Source: Phaeosaccion multiseriatum
Lineage: Eukaryota; Protista; Ochrophyta, other classes
Direction: 5' to 3'
Assembly: GCA_965112735.1 (NCBI GenBank)
Contig: OZ218963.1
Location: forward strand, 2,046,001 to 2,110,000
DNA length: 64,000 bases
The notes beneath the pieces were generated by a model. That model was given only the letters and a program-made list of their open reading frames with translations. It did no database searches and was not told the origin of the DNA. Numbering within the stretch: position 1 is the stretch's first letter; every line of letters begins with the position of its first letter. This document shows, piece after piece, positions 48,958-62,372 of the stretch. The position numbers and the translations under genes were made by a program.

Positions 48958-51900
48958 TCATGACCACACTCGGAAGGTCTTGTCCGAGGAGGCCGACACC
49001 AGGTAGTCGTCCGCCGGGCTGAACAGCACTGCCTGCACGGCATCCTCGTGGCCCCGCAGCTCCGCCTCGAGCTCCTTGGTTAACGTGTTGAGCACCTGCT
49101 CAACCAATTGGGTGGTGATGCCATTTGTGAGGAGGCATTGTGAGGATGGCAGGGGGGGGGGGCAGAAGAGGTGAGAGTAGTCAAACGTAGCCCCAGCAGG
49201 AGAGCAGGTTGGGTGCGAGGTGCCTACCCAGGTAAATTCGGTTCCTTCGACGGCAGCAGCACGGTGGAGGAACCGCCATATAGAGCGCAGAGCAGCGGAG
49301 GGGAGGAAATGCAAAGGATGTGCGTGTGTACGTGTGTGCGGGGGGAGGCAGGGGGTAACCGACCTTGATGGTTCCGTCGTTAGATGCCGCGGCAATGCGC
49401 GTTGCACTGCGATCGAAGCAAACGCGATTGAGAGGATGCTGCCCTGCCTCCAGGGACGCCAGCTCAGAAACCATGCGGACATCCCACAGCTTGATCTGGA
49501 GAGATGGAGAGGGCAAGAGGCCGGAAGGAAAGCGGGGGGGGGGGGGGGTACGCGAAAGGGCGGGTGAGTAGTAGAAAGAAGCTGCGGCAGACTCAACAGA
49601 CAGAGGTGTGTATTCTACCCGCTTGCCGTGAGTGACTGAGGGGAAGGAGGAGGAGGAGGAGGAGGAGGAGGAAGAGACTCACCACTCCATCAGCGTCGCA
49701 GGAGGCCACCGTATCGCCCTTGAGAGTGCACGTGACGTGATTGACCGCATTCATGTGACCGTAAAACGTCTGAATGCACAACCCGCTCCTTGCGTCCCAC
49801 AGCGACACCGTCTTGTCGCCGCTGCCCGTCACCACGTTGTTGGTGTAAGGCTGCCAGCACACCGAGTTGACGCTATCCACGTGGCCGTGGAAGGTCTGCC
49901 GGCAGCGCTTGCTGTTGGCGTCCCACAGGCGCACAGTGTGGTCCATGCTGCACGACGCCAGCAAGTCCCCCGTGTGGTGGAAGGATACACCCCAGACGGC
50001 CTGCGTGTGGCCGGTGAATGTGTGCGCGCAAGAAGCCTTGGCAAAGTTCCACAGCTTCACCGTGCTGTCTCCAGACGAAGTCAGGAGCATGGTTCCCTGA
50101 GGGTGAAAGTCCACGTCCGATATCCAGCTCTTGTGCCCCTCCCCGCTCATGATGAGGTCGCAATTGGGCACAGACCATATCTTCCATGTCTCATCATCCG
50201 ACACTGTAGCAATGATGGCTTTGCGAGGGTGGAAGGCCATGGCAGCGACACTGTTTAAGTGTCCCTTGAACGACTTCTTGAGCCCAAACCTCTCCACCGC
50301 CGGTGGCTCGAACATGAGGCCATGGAAGGGGTTCGCCACCGCCCCCTCCGCCGGCAGCTTGCTGTCACCGGCCTTGCGGCCTCCGTGGGTGGGCTGCTGC
50401 TGTGTGGTTGCCGCAGGAGGAAGGCCCTTGAGTGCGCTGCTGTAAGTGTGTCCTCCGCCGTCCAAGGAGGACCCGAGTCCGCCCCCGGGGGACCCCAAGC
50501 CGCCGCCCAAGCCTGGCTTTGTGGTGCTGCCCCCTCCGCCCCCGCGCGCGCTGCTTCGGCCTGTGGGCCGTCGTGAGGAGGCGTCTGCCAAGCCCCCGCT
50601 GGGATCATCCTGCTTGTATGTATGTGGTGGTGAATGCCAAGTAGCATAGAGGAATGGGCGTTGAAGTGTGGGTAAAACAGGAGAGGAGCAGCTGTCAGAG
50701 AGGCAGGCCGGGTGCAGAGAGAGAGAGAGAGAGGAGGGCGTGTGGAGGAGGCAGGGGGGGCAACCAAGAGTGCCGAGAAACTTCGACACAGGCGCCCGCG
50801 AGGCCAGTCTTTCGTCAGCGCCGCCTCCAACGCCGCGCGTCTCTCCGCCTTTCTCGCCCCCCCACTGGGGGGCACTTGGATTCCCCTCTCAACGAAGGAG
50901 GACTCAACCTACTCGGCTGGTCTTGCTCGCTGGGCGTTCTGCCGAGAGCTTTACTGAAACCCATTCCTCGTATCTACTGTCTGAAGACGCGACCATGCGT
51001 GTATGACTCTGTGACGCTTTGTCTCCACCCATTCATTGTTTCGTTATCTTCCTCCCCTTCTTTTCCCATCCTCCCTCTCTTGTTGTAAGTAGTACGTAAG
51101 CACCTACCTGTCTCTCGGTCGCGTCCAACTTGGCTCGGATTCGATCCCGTTCCAGCTTGATGAGCATCTTCTCCTTCATCGCCACCTTGTACTTGCGTTG
51201 CAGCTCCTAATAACGAACAAAGCAAAAAGGAGTGGAGGGGTGCCCCATTCTTTCTTGTCAGCAACAAACGTCTTGCTCCCCCTTCTTCCTACCCTCTACT
51301 TGAGAGTCCTACACACATGTAAAGGGAGGGGTAAAGCGCTCAACCTCCCGCTTCGCTACGAGCCCGCCTTTGCGTCTCACGCGTGGGAAGTCGGTTGTAA
51401 TGAAGACTTGCTTGCCTCAATCAAAATCCCCTTCAGACAATAGGGTATGTGCCTCTTTGATCTGTCGTTTCGGACCGAGTGACTGACTGACTGACTGAGT
51501 CACTCACTAGCTGCCTTCCTTCCTTCCTTCCTCCCTCCCTTCCTTCTGTCCTTCCTTCCTTCCTTTCTTCCTTTCTGAGTGACTGAGTGATTGACTGACT
51601 GACTGACTGACCTGTATGGTTGGCTCCTGGGCCTTGTAGTACTTCTTGAGCCTCTTCAAGTCCGTCATGAGCAGTCCCTTCTCCTGCACGACGCGTTTGT
51701 GATGCATGCGGTGGAAATCCCTCTCTTTCCGGAACTGATCCCACGTCCCCTGTGCCCGCTTCGTAATCTCCTCCATCTTGCCCAGCTGTTGCCGCAGTGC
51801 CTGCACTTGCTCGTCCAAGTCCTGTTCGACCGAGCCATCACGCGTGCATTGCATTGTGCGCATTGGTGTGGGTATGTGGCAAGCTGTTGTACTTTCCCAA

Positions 51901-52380
51901 TCCCTTCACCTGCTCGTCCACGACAACGAGTCCTTACTACCGCGTCCGAATGTCATCACCGTCTCATACACACTCTCTTACCTGGTTTCGCAAGTAGATG
52001 TCGGGCACTTTCGCTGTGTGCTCCGCTGTGAGCCTCCCCTTGGTCTGCAGCTCGTACCACTCCGTGTTGAAGACGTCAAGCGTCTTGGTCATGCCCACCT
52101 TGACCAGGAAGTTCCGGATGAAGTCGTCCACCACGGAGGGACGCACCTGGGTGACTACCCCGTTCTCATTGCCTCCTTCCCCCCCTCCGAGGTCTCGCCC
52201 CCCCCCACCGGCCTTCAGCTTGAGCCCCTCCAGGGCAGCCGCGATGTCCTCGTCACTGTCCTCATCATCGTCTTCCTCAAGGTACATCTCCTCCACCTCG
52301 CGGTATTGGAAGTCATCGTCACTATCATCGCTCAGCTCCACCCTCTCCAACACAGCGAGGTCGTCTTCGGCGTCCCCCAT
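48958..52380 (-). CDS. SPAG16: Central-pair WD40 protein SPAG16/PF20; ~6 exons
   Basis: VVDDFIRNFLVKVGMTKTLDVFNTEWYEL, RKERDFHRMHHKRVVQEK, and WD40 repeats (KGHLNSV, GEGHKSWI, GHVDSVN, GHEDAVQAV..RVWS). Confidence 0.95.
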
Positions 52381-53051
52381 AAGTGCTCCTTCGCACCCAC
52401 TTTATGCCCCTCACTCCATCAAGACCTTGCAGCTGCCTGATACGACACCTACTTTTTCAGCGCCTACTATTGCTGCTTCTTTATCTCCGGCAAAGGGGTG
52501 CTCGCTTTTGTCCGCTCTCCCAGTCTCAAAAGTCAAAAGGCGTAACGGCTGAGCTCCTTTCAGCGGCGGTTGACATAATCGATAATCGCCGTAGCAGAAG
52601 AGGGACATAGAAGAAAATAGGAGAGAGAATTCAGAGATTTCGTGGCTCTTCCACTCTTTGGCCCTGCTGCTGTCTGTACAGCTAGGATGGGAGCCGTCTA
52701 TGCAGCCCTTGCTGGACGAGAAGAGTAGAGACAGGTTGGAGGAGTGGGTGAATGTTATTAAACGATTGTTGCCCTCCTTCCCGCTCCATTCACCCTGCTG
52801 ACGCCGCTCTTGGCCCGGCTAATCCCACTTCCGTATGAATTTCTTGTTGGTCAACACCCTGCTGCTAGTTCTGATGCTGTTGCGGCGAAACTATTGCTCC
52901 TGCCCTCAACACGCTCCCTCGCTCTCCCTCCCTCCCTCCCTCCATTGCTCCCTCCCTTCCTCCCTCCCTCCATGATTTGCCTCTACTCTCCGACAGCAAA
53001 GGCATGGCAGCAGCTGCATAGGGGTAGAAGCAGCAGCGCCGGTAGCAGACG

Positions 53052-56000
53052 ATGGGACTAGGTGATACTCTACGCAGCACCAAAAGGGCAGGCAATGATA
53101 AGCAGATCCTGGCCGGAGGGGTGGGAGCGGCGGGCACGGGCACCGTCCAGCTCAGCACTTCTCCCACGTCGAGTTCATGGGAGAGGCGAGCGAGCGTCAA
53201 AGTGGCGCCTTCCCAACTCCGAACGGCCGCCACAGACTTTGAGAATCCCTCTCTGGAGCCAAAGGTTCAGGCTCCGTTCATTACTCGCCCGGGAGAGATC
53301 CCGAGGCGAATTCAGATTGAGCGATTGAAGCGCCTTTACGCGGAGCAGTCGCTGGAGGATATTCTAGAGGCCCGAGGGGTGAACTACACGCAGCCGCAGC
53401 AGAGCTCGCTGCACGACCTCTGTCCACAGGCCGTACTTTTGCCCTTGGCGGTCTTTGACAATACAGACCTGGAGGTACGGTCCCCACAGGAGTGGATCAA
53501 GCTGGGGACAGGAGACGATGGGACCGTTCGAGGGCTGCCGGCGAGGGGGCTCTTCAGCCTACACAAGGGGAAGGCGGAGTGGAGGGAATGCGTGGTGGTA
53601 GCATACGACGCGGCGAGCGACTTGTGGACGCTGGAGTGGACAGAGGGTGCCCCGAAGGAGCTCGAAGAGCAGCTGGTCAAGTCCAGGCTAGACGTGTATT
53701 TCCGCGCAGAGGACCCGTGCAACTTTGCAGACCGAGTGGCCTCCGCGCATATGCGAAGACGAGAGGCAGAGCAGGCCATATTGTACTCTCTGTGCGTGGA
53801 CTGCATGCCCACGGAGGGTATGGCGGATTTGGACCGAGAGGAGCTGACCCGTATACTCGAGCTATGTATGCGAAGTGGGGCGGTGCAGCGGGGTGCGACG
53901 GCAGACGGGAGCTCCACCACCACTCTGGCGGGTGAGGTGAGTGAGTGCTGCCCAGCCTTGTTTTGACGGGGCACACTTTGAAGATGGTGTAGGGGGCAGG
54001 AAGGCAAGGAGCCCTTGTGGGGAGGAAGAGGCGTTTCATTCGTCGTCTATTGTTTCCAAAACCTTCACAAAAGGACACGTGAGGTAGAGCCTCCTCTTCT
54101 CCCCCGGGCGGGCTCTCAGGCATGTAGCCGACGCCTCTAGGCCCGGTGGCAATGCATCTTTCTACCAATTCGTAAGACCACGTACCTACACGTACCTACC
54201 ACTCACCTCCCACACCACCCACCGCTCACACTCACCACCATTGCCTCTGCCGGTGAACGAAACGCAAATCAACCGAGCACAGGTGAACATGGACTACCTT
54301 CGCACGATGAACAAGATCGCTGTAGTAGCACAGGCCAAGAAGGCCTCGAGCGCCTGGGGTACAGGGGGCAGAAGCAAAGACCCCGCCTCCGCCATGCTGC
54401 AGGAACTGCCCATTCCTCCGGGTGCCGGGGGTGGCGGCGAGGAGGAGGTCAAACCGCCACCGGAAAAGGGCACGCTGAACATTGGGTTTCATACCTTCAG
54501 CGATAGGTAACTTCGCGAACAAGGGGGGGGGGGGAGGAGAGAGAGAGGTCGCCCGCGTACGAGAGCGCGTAAGGGGGCAGGGGGTAGGGGTTACAGGATT
54601 GAGGACCCCCCTACCTGTTGAGCCTCTGAAACCGTAACTACTGACCAAGTTACGGGATTTCCCCCTCGAAGCAGCAGCGCCGCCAGCGCCGTTGGTGTAC
54701 GACTCCCCCCCGTCACCCTCATCCAGTAAGAGCGTTTCGCATCAGCGTCTAACTTCCCTCCCTCCCTCTGCTTCATGCCCCCCCATTGTTTGTTTTTGTT
54801 GCTGCGGCTGTATCACCAACTGCTGCGGCTGTAGATATGATGACTTCTGCTTCAACTCCTTCCTCACCAAGCCCGAGATCATTAAGATCATCGTTCAGGT
54901 TAGGCACAGGTGGTAAGGCACAGGTGGCTCCACCACTGCTCAACGTGATGGGGGGCTTCATCGACCATTTCCACTTTCTTTCTCACTCCGACCAATCAAC
55001 AGAGCCTCTCCAACGTTTCAACTGACGTGTGCATTGAATCGACTGTACATCCTCTCTCCCTCCCACCCCCCCCCTCCCTCCATACGCAATAAATCAATGC
55101 ATCGACCGATCGCAGGTGCGCAGCGAGTGCGCTCGAGTGCTCAGCATGCCCCTGCTGCAGACGGTGCAGAAAAGCGTGCTGCTTGAGGAATTCGTGGCCA
55201 CTCAGAGCGCAACTGCACAGGCCACCAGCAACAACCTCAAAGAGCAGGTAGGTGTGTATGTGAGTGTGTGTAGGTGTGTATGTGAGTGTGTGTAGGTGTG
55301 TATGTGAGTGTGTGTAGGTGTGTATGTGTATGTGCGTGTTCGTGTGTGTGTCTGTCTGTCCGTGTGTGTGTGTGTGGGGGGGGGTTGGTGTGTATGTGTG
55401 TGTGTGTGTGTGTGTGCGTGTGTGTGTGTAAGAGGGAGACGGTGCGCGTCTGTATCCGTATGTGGACGAGACAGAGAGAGAGTCAGGGTGGGGGGGATTG
55501 AGCGGGTCGTGAGAAGAAGCACACTGCGTGCCTTCTCTGTGGGAGTGCGAGGAACGCGTCCGTGAGCGCATGTGTGCCAGTGCGAAGGACGGTGAAAATG
55601 AGGGTGCAGACGCGTGATTGATCCTTCACAAGGCTGTATGTAGCGCATGCTTCGATGCCTCTCTGATGCCCTCCTCTCGCGGTGTGCATTGCGTAGTCAA
55701 CTCCATCCTAAACTCTCTCCTTCTCTCAATCTATCTCTGTCTCTCTCTCTCTCTCATCGGGCTGCTGTTGTTGTCCCGTTCTCCCGTACACCCCTTCCAC
55801 TGCGCCATATGTCAGTGGGTGACGGCCGTGGTGGGCTTCATCCGCGCCGCCCTCAAGGACGTCAAGAAAGGCTGGTTCAACCTCGAAGAGACGAGCAACG
55901 AGGTCTACAACTTCTCCAAGCTCAAGAACTTTCTCGTCTACGTCAACTTCCTCATGCAAGACACACTGCAGTTTCTTGTAGGTCGGTGCCTGGAGGCCTA

Positions 56001-59000
56001 TGCGCGGTTCATTCTGTGTGCGTGCGTCCAAGACGTTGATGTCCAGGGCCCCAACGACGTTCGCACCAGCGTGAAGGAAGGCGTGGAGCGCAAGGGACTG
56101 CCCTTGGCGCCACTGCGCGTGCCGCTCTTTTCCCTCGATGTGGTGGTCACGGGAGAGCCCGGCGACCAAACTTTTTCCTATAGGTGGGTGTGTGTATGTG
56201 TGCGTGTGTGTGCGTGTGCGTGCGTGCGTATGTGTGTGCACGTGTGCGTGTGCGTGGGCGTGTATGTGTGTAAAATTCATGTGCTTTCCCACAGAGTAGC
56301 ATCGGGTGGGGAGGGGCTGGTGAGGGGTGGAAAGAGAGCGAGGGGGAGGCGAATCGGAGCCCAACAAGGGGCTGAACGCCAAGCCCATCACCGTAGAATG
56401 AATCCATTCCAAGGGTTTCTTGCTTCTCTCTACTTCCGTCGCTTCGCCCGTGCCCTCCGCCCCAAAACTGACGGCCTTTCTTCTCCTCCTCCTCCTCCTC
56501 CTCCTCCTCCTCCTCCTCCTCCTCCTCCTCCTCCTCCTCCTCCTCCTCCTCCTCCTCCTCCTCCTCCTCCTCCTCCTCCTTCTCCTTCTCCTCCTCCTTC
56601 TCCTCCTCCTCCTCCTCCTCCTCCTCCTCCTCCTCCTCCTCCTTCTCCTTCTCCTCCTCCTCCTCCTCCTCCTCCTCCTCCTCCTCCTCCCCCTCCTCCT
56701 TCTCCTCCTCCTTCTCCTCCTCCTTCTCCTCCTCCTCCTCCTCCTCCTCCTCCTCCTCCTCCTCCTCCTCTTCCCCCTCCTCTGTGTGTTGCGCTTCACC
56801 ATCTCGCTTCGCTTGGCTTGCAGCCACCGCGTGTCCGCCTTCGGAGACGCCGTCTTGACCTCTCTCGACAAGGCGCTTGCCTCTACACACAACATTGTCC
56901 GCATCGAGCGAAGAGTCATGCAACGGCTCTTTTGGAGTCACGACCCTGTGATATCTTCGGTGTATGCAAACGAGGGGTGGGTCAAGGAAGTACGACAGGA
57001 CATCAAAGCCGCAATGGCCAAGGGAACCGCTCCCCTCGCAGACTACCTCGCCACTCTGGGGCAGTTTGTGGAGTTTCTTAATCTCGACATCGATTCCTAC
57101 CTGACCGAGACCAAGACCGCGATGACCAATGAGGAGACGGGAGTCTTTCAGTTTGGCGACGTCAGCGAGTTGTCGGAGGACCACATGGCACAGAGGGAGC
57201 AGGTGCTGCTCAGCATTCCGGAGTCGGTGTCGCTGGGGGCCTTCGTTGTATCGATGGCCAAGGTGAGGTTCTTTGAGGTGCTGATGTGTTGCGTCGTTGG
57301 GCCTTGGCAATTCCTGGTGTGACGGACTTTCCCCGGCTACCTTTCTGAGTCTTCACCGCCCCTGCCTATGGGTCTTACCCTTATGCTCTCTCTACCTCTG
57401 TACCTCCAAACTCGTCTCCCCCGTATCTGTATGTCTATGTCTGCTGTCAAAGGTGCGGTCACAACTGGCTGCGAAGCACCAATCCATCTCGGAGCAGCTC
57501 CTCAGCCTGTTGGGTCGCAAGGCGAAGGAGCTGGCCATTAGCACAGGAGCCAAGTTTGACAGAATCTACCGCGAGTTGCACGTCCCCGTGACCAACATTG
57601 AGGAGCTCAACGCCATGGAGGACTTTCTCGAGGGGTGCGAGATTAAAGTCGAGGAGCTGCAGGGTGACATGGATGCCACACGACGCGCGTTTAGTACCGT
57701 CAGCGGCGTGAAACACAAGCTTGAGGCCGGTGCGTGCATGCGTGCATGTGTGGGTGGGTGGGTGGGTGGGTGGGTGGATTGTGTGAGTGAGTGGGGTGGG
57801 GGGGAGTGGGAGAGTGAAATATATGCCAAAAGTAAGCGCCCACGTCCTCCCCTTTCATGTTTGTGCAGTAAAGTGTCTTCTCAAGCAAGGAACTGTGAAA
57901 CGAAACCACACTAACGCACACGCACACACGCACACACGACTTCATCCATGAGTCCTTACTCGTTCATTCCCCTTTGTCATCATTTGCCCAAATGTATATA
58001 CGCTTTAGGCACTCTGAGCCTGGAGTGGGATGTGTACGGATGGCCCCGCAAGATTGCCCGCAAGAAGGAGCAGCTTCAAGTGCAGCTCTCCCAGCGGAGG
58101 CAGGAGTACCTCGACGCGCAGGAGGAGGAGCAGCTTGAGTTTGTGGAGAAGCTCAAGAGTCTCCAGGAACAAGTCTCCAGGATGGGGCAGGTACGGGGGG
58201 GGGGGGGGGAGGGAGGCGGAAGAAGAAGAAGAGACAGAAGAGAGGGGAGCGGGGTGGGGGGGAGGACGGTACTACACACTTGGAGTTGAGAGGAGGCCGG
58301 GGGGGGGGGGCGGCTGGCCATGATGTATTGCTGTTTGGGTCTGGTTTTGGGGTTTGGATCGAGCTCCCGTCCCTCGTGTACGGAGTTTTCTCGTGTAACT
58401 GCCTGCCCATCCATCAATGTCCAGCTGTTCACCTTCATGTTCCCTGTGCCATATGCCTCCACCATTCCCTGGGTCGAATGAACGAACGCTTGTGTGTGTG
58501 CGTGTATGTGCGTTTGTGTGTACATGTGTGTGCATGTGTGCGTGTGTGCGTGTGTGCGTGTGTGCGTTTGCGTGTGCGTGTGTGTGCGCGTGCGTGTGCG
58601 AATGTGCGTGTATTCAGTACTCTGACCTATCGGAGGTCGCCTCCGTGTCAGCGATGGTCCGCACCCTCGAAGAAGAGATTGAAAAGTGTGCCGAAATGGC
58701 CATTTTATACAACTCGCGCGAGGAGCTCTTCGGCAAGGCGATCACAGAGTATCACCAACTCGAGGAGGTTCAGAAGTCCTTCGAGCCTTACTGCGAGCTA
58801 TGGAAGCGCGCAGACGACTGGCTGGGTTGGCACAAGGCCTGGATGACTGACCCCTTTCTCTCGCTCGACGCCGAGGAGATTGAGAAGCGGGTGGCCGTGG
58901 TGAGCAAGACGCTGGGCAAACAGATGCGCTTCTTCGAATCTAACGACCTAGAGGGATGTGCGGCTGTGGCAAGGAGCGTTCGAGACGAGGTGGAGGCCTT

Positions 59001-62000
59001 CGCACCCTTCGTGCCGGTCATCACCGGGCTTCGCATGCCAGGGATGCGAGATCGGCATTGGGACCAGCTCAGTGAGCAGCTCGGGGTGGAGCTGCACCCA
59101 GACGACTCGTACACGCTTACGCAGGTCATTGACTCGAACCTGCACACGCAGGCGGATATGATTACCAAGGTTTCTGAAACGGCCTCCAAGGAGTACGCCA
59201 TTGAGAGTGCGCTCAACAAGATGCAGGACGCGTGGACATCCGTGGCGCTGCAGTTGGACGAGTATGGCACCACCGGCACGCACATCCTCAAGTGCGTGGA
59301 CGAGTACATGGCGTTACTGGACGAGCACATTACCATGACACAGGCCATGACCTTCAGCACCTTCAAGGGGCCCTTTGAGGAGAGGATCGAAAACTGGAAC
59401 AACACGCTGCAGGTGAGCGAGGGAGTGAGTGAGTGAGTGAGTATGAGTATGTGAGTGAATGGAGCGAGTGCGTGTGTGAGTGTGTGAAGTGAGTGCGTGA
59501 GTGAGTCAGTGAGTCAGTGAGTAAGTTAGTGAGGGAGTGAGTGAGTGGGTGAGTGAGTGAGTGCATGAGTGAGCGAGTGCATGAGTGAGTGGAGTGAGTG
59601 CATGAGTGAGTGAGTGAGTGAGTGACGGAGTGGGGCCGGTACTTGACTTGAGTGCGACAAGAAGACTTGAAGCCTCATCACCTGTCTGTGGGGCTGACCA
59701 AATGCGCAGCGCTTCTGTGGGGTTCGAGTGGCAGGCCCGAGCCTCTTCTTTTGCCATGAGGTGTCGTGTTTTCGTCTTCTTCCTCTCCCCTCTCCTACCC
59801 TACGCGAAGAAGATGAAAGCGGGACTGAGAGTGTTCCTTCCCTCTCCCCTCCCCTCCCCTCCCCTCCTCTCCTCTCCTCCCCTCCTCCCGTCCTCTCCCC
59901 TCCTCCAGGTTGTGTCTGAAGTGATCGACGAGTGGCTGGCAGTCCAGCGCAACTGGCTGTACCTGCAACCCATCTTCGACTCGGCCGACATCAACAAGCA
60001 GCTGCCCACCGAGGGCAAGCGCTTCTTGAGCGTGGACAAGCATTGGCGCTCCACCATGTCCAATGCAGTGGCCGGCAGCGGAGGGTTATCGCCTGCTCTG
60101 TGCATTTCATTCTGTAACGACAGCAAGCTGCTGGACAAGTTCAGGGAGTCCGCCAATCTGCTGGACATGGTTCAGAAAGGCCTCAGCGACTATCTCGAGA
60201 CCAAGCGAGCTGGTAAGGAGGAGGAGGAGGAGAGTAGAAGAGGAGGTGGAGGAGGAAGAGGAGGAGAAAGAGGGAGAGGAGGGGAAGAAGGAGGAAGAAG
60301 AGGAGGACAAGAAAGAGGGGGAGAAGGAAAAGGAGGAGGAGGAATAGAACATAAGACAGACGAGAGGAGAATGGTGGTGAGAAGAGGGAATCGAAGAGAG
60401 AAAATAGGCGGAGTATGGGCAAGCAAAGAGCGGAGCAGAGCGGAACAGAACAGCTCAATGCAAGCCGTGCGAGGGGCGGGAGAGGCACGGCGTAGCTCAG
60501 AACCTGTGCCTGAGCTTCCTTCTGTCGGGTTGACTCACATCTCTTTTCCTCCTCTCCTCTCCTCTCCTCTCCTTTCCTTTCCTCTCCTCTCCCCTCCCCT
60601 CCCCTCCCCTCACCTCACCTCCCCCCCTCACCCCCCGCAGGCTTCAGTCGCTTCTACTTCCTCTCGAATGACGAGTTACTGGAGATCCTCTCTCAGACCA
60701 AGAATCCCCTCATGGTACAGCCACACCTCAAAAAGTGCTTTGAGGGGATCAAGTCGGTGGATTTCCACGACGACAACACCATTCATGCCATGAATTCGAG
60801 TGAGGGGGAGAAGGTTCCGTTCAAGGTGAGAGACCAACGCGAGGAGAGAAGAGGGGAGAGGAGGGGTTGGTTTGGGGGTGTGGGGAGAGACGGAAGAGTC
60901 TGTGGGCGAGGAGAGAGGGGCTTACAAAAGGCGTAAGTGGAGAAGAGGGGGACGGTTTGCTCTGTTGCTTTTCGTTCGAATGGAAGGCACCAGAGGGATG
61001 GGTGGGGGGTAGCAGATGGCTGCACTCACTCACTTCCCGCTGCCCCTCGTCCACCATCTACCCTCGTCTTGTGTGGCTTGCGTGACGGTACTGCAATGCA
61101 AACTATCAATCAGACCCCTATCAACCCCAACGGCAAGAGCATCGAGAACTGGATGGTCGAAGTTTGCGACATGATGTGTATGTGAGTGAGTAACTGGAAA
61201 CCCCGAGTCGGGCAAGGCAACGACAGGATACCGACTGTTTTTAGAGTCCACGACCATCCCATCCACTGCCATCCCTCTGTCCTACCCGTCTACTACCATC
61301 CCTCTATCCCATCACCCCGCTTCCTCTCTCCACTCTTCACTGACTTAGCCATGCAGAGGCGTCCCTCACTCACACTTACCTGCATTTACGTCCTTCCCTT
61401 TTGCTCCAATATATCGCGTCTGTGCTACACGTTTCTGCTTCCCCAACGACCTTTCTTCTCTCTCCCTCCTTGTTCGGGGTGTATCTCCATTCCACCCCTC
61501 TCACTCCTCATACCCCCCCCCCCCCTTCCCCCCACCCCTGACTCAATGCTGCTGCTGCTGCTGCTGCGGTTGTATCACCAAATGCCGCTGTCCTCCTCCA
61601 GGTCCGTACGAGAGCAAATGGCGCTTGCTGTACAAGACTACGTCGAGACCGACCGCACCGAGTGGATGCAGAAATGGCCAGGCCAAGTGGTGCTCAACGG
61701 ATCACAGGTGAGCGGGTGCTGCTGTGCTGGTGTGCATGTTGGTTGTATGTTGGTTGGGTGCTGGGGCTCCCAAGTAGGCCGGACTGGGGATGGGGAGAAT
61801 GAGAAAAAGTGACTAGAGGAGTCAATCTGAGCACACGTAACTGACGTAACTGTGTGCATAAGTCCTGGTACGCCAATACAAGACAGTCATCACTTTCTGA
61901 CTTTTTGTTGTCGGTATGTGCACGCCCCACCTTACCCCGTGTAGGTGCATTGGACGTCGGAGACAGAGGCCCAGATGGCAGCGGGTGGCAACAAGGGGGT

Positions 62001-62220
62001 GCACGCCTACTACGATCAGCTGTGCACGCAGCTAAACGACATGGTAAGGGAGAGGAAGAGGGCTGCGCCAGTGAGAGAGGTAGAGAGAGCGAAGACTGCC
62101 AAGAAAGTACGCACGACGTGAGAGAGGGAGAGAGAGACACACACCAAGCCCCCCTCCTCCTATTCGCTGTCTGTCTTTCCTTCTGCCTCTCTGTCTGTCT
62201 GTCCGTCTGTCCGTCCGTCC

Positions 62221-62262
<42 letters not shown>

Positions 62263-62298
62263 GTCTCTCTGTCTCTCTCTGTCTCTGTCTGTCTGTCT

Positions 62299-62372
<74 letters not shown>

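Noticed and set aside
15954-52584. TATCGA (DRE-like) hexamer in four divergent promoters (15954, 21126, 36852, 52579)
   Set aside because: It is absent from two other pairs and also frequent in exons and introns, so enrichment is not demonstrable by eye.
55726-57310. Long poly-Arg/Glu/Leu/Pro ORFs (also HT/CV-repeat ORFs at 43046-43897, 9420-9800 and 61854-62576)
   Set aside because: These are translations of intronic or intergenic microsatellites, or antisense shadows of real exons.
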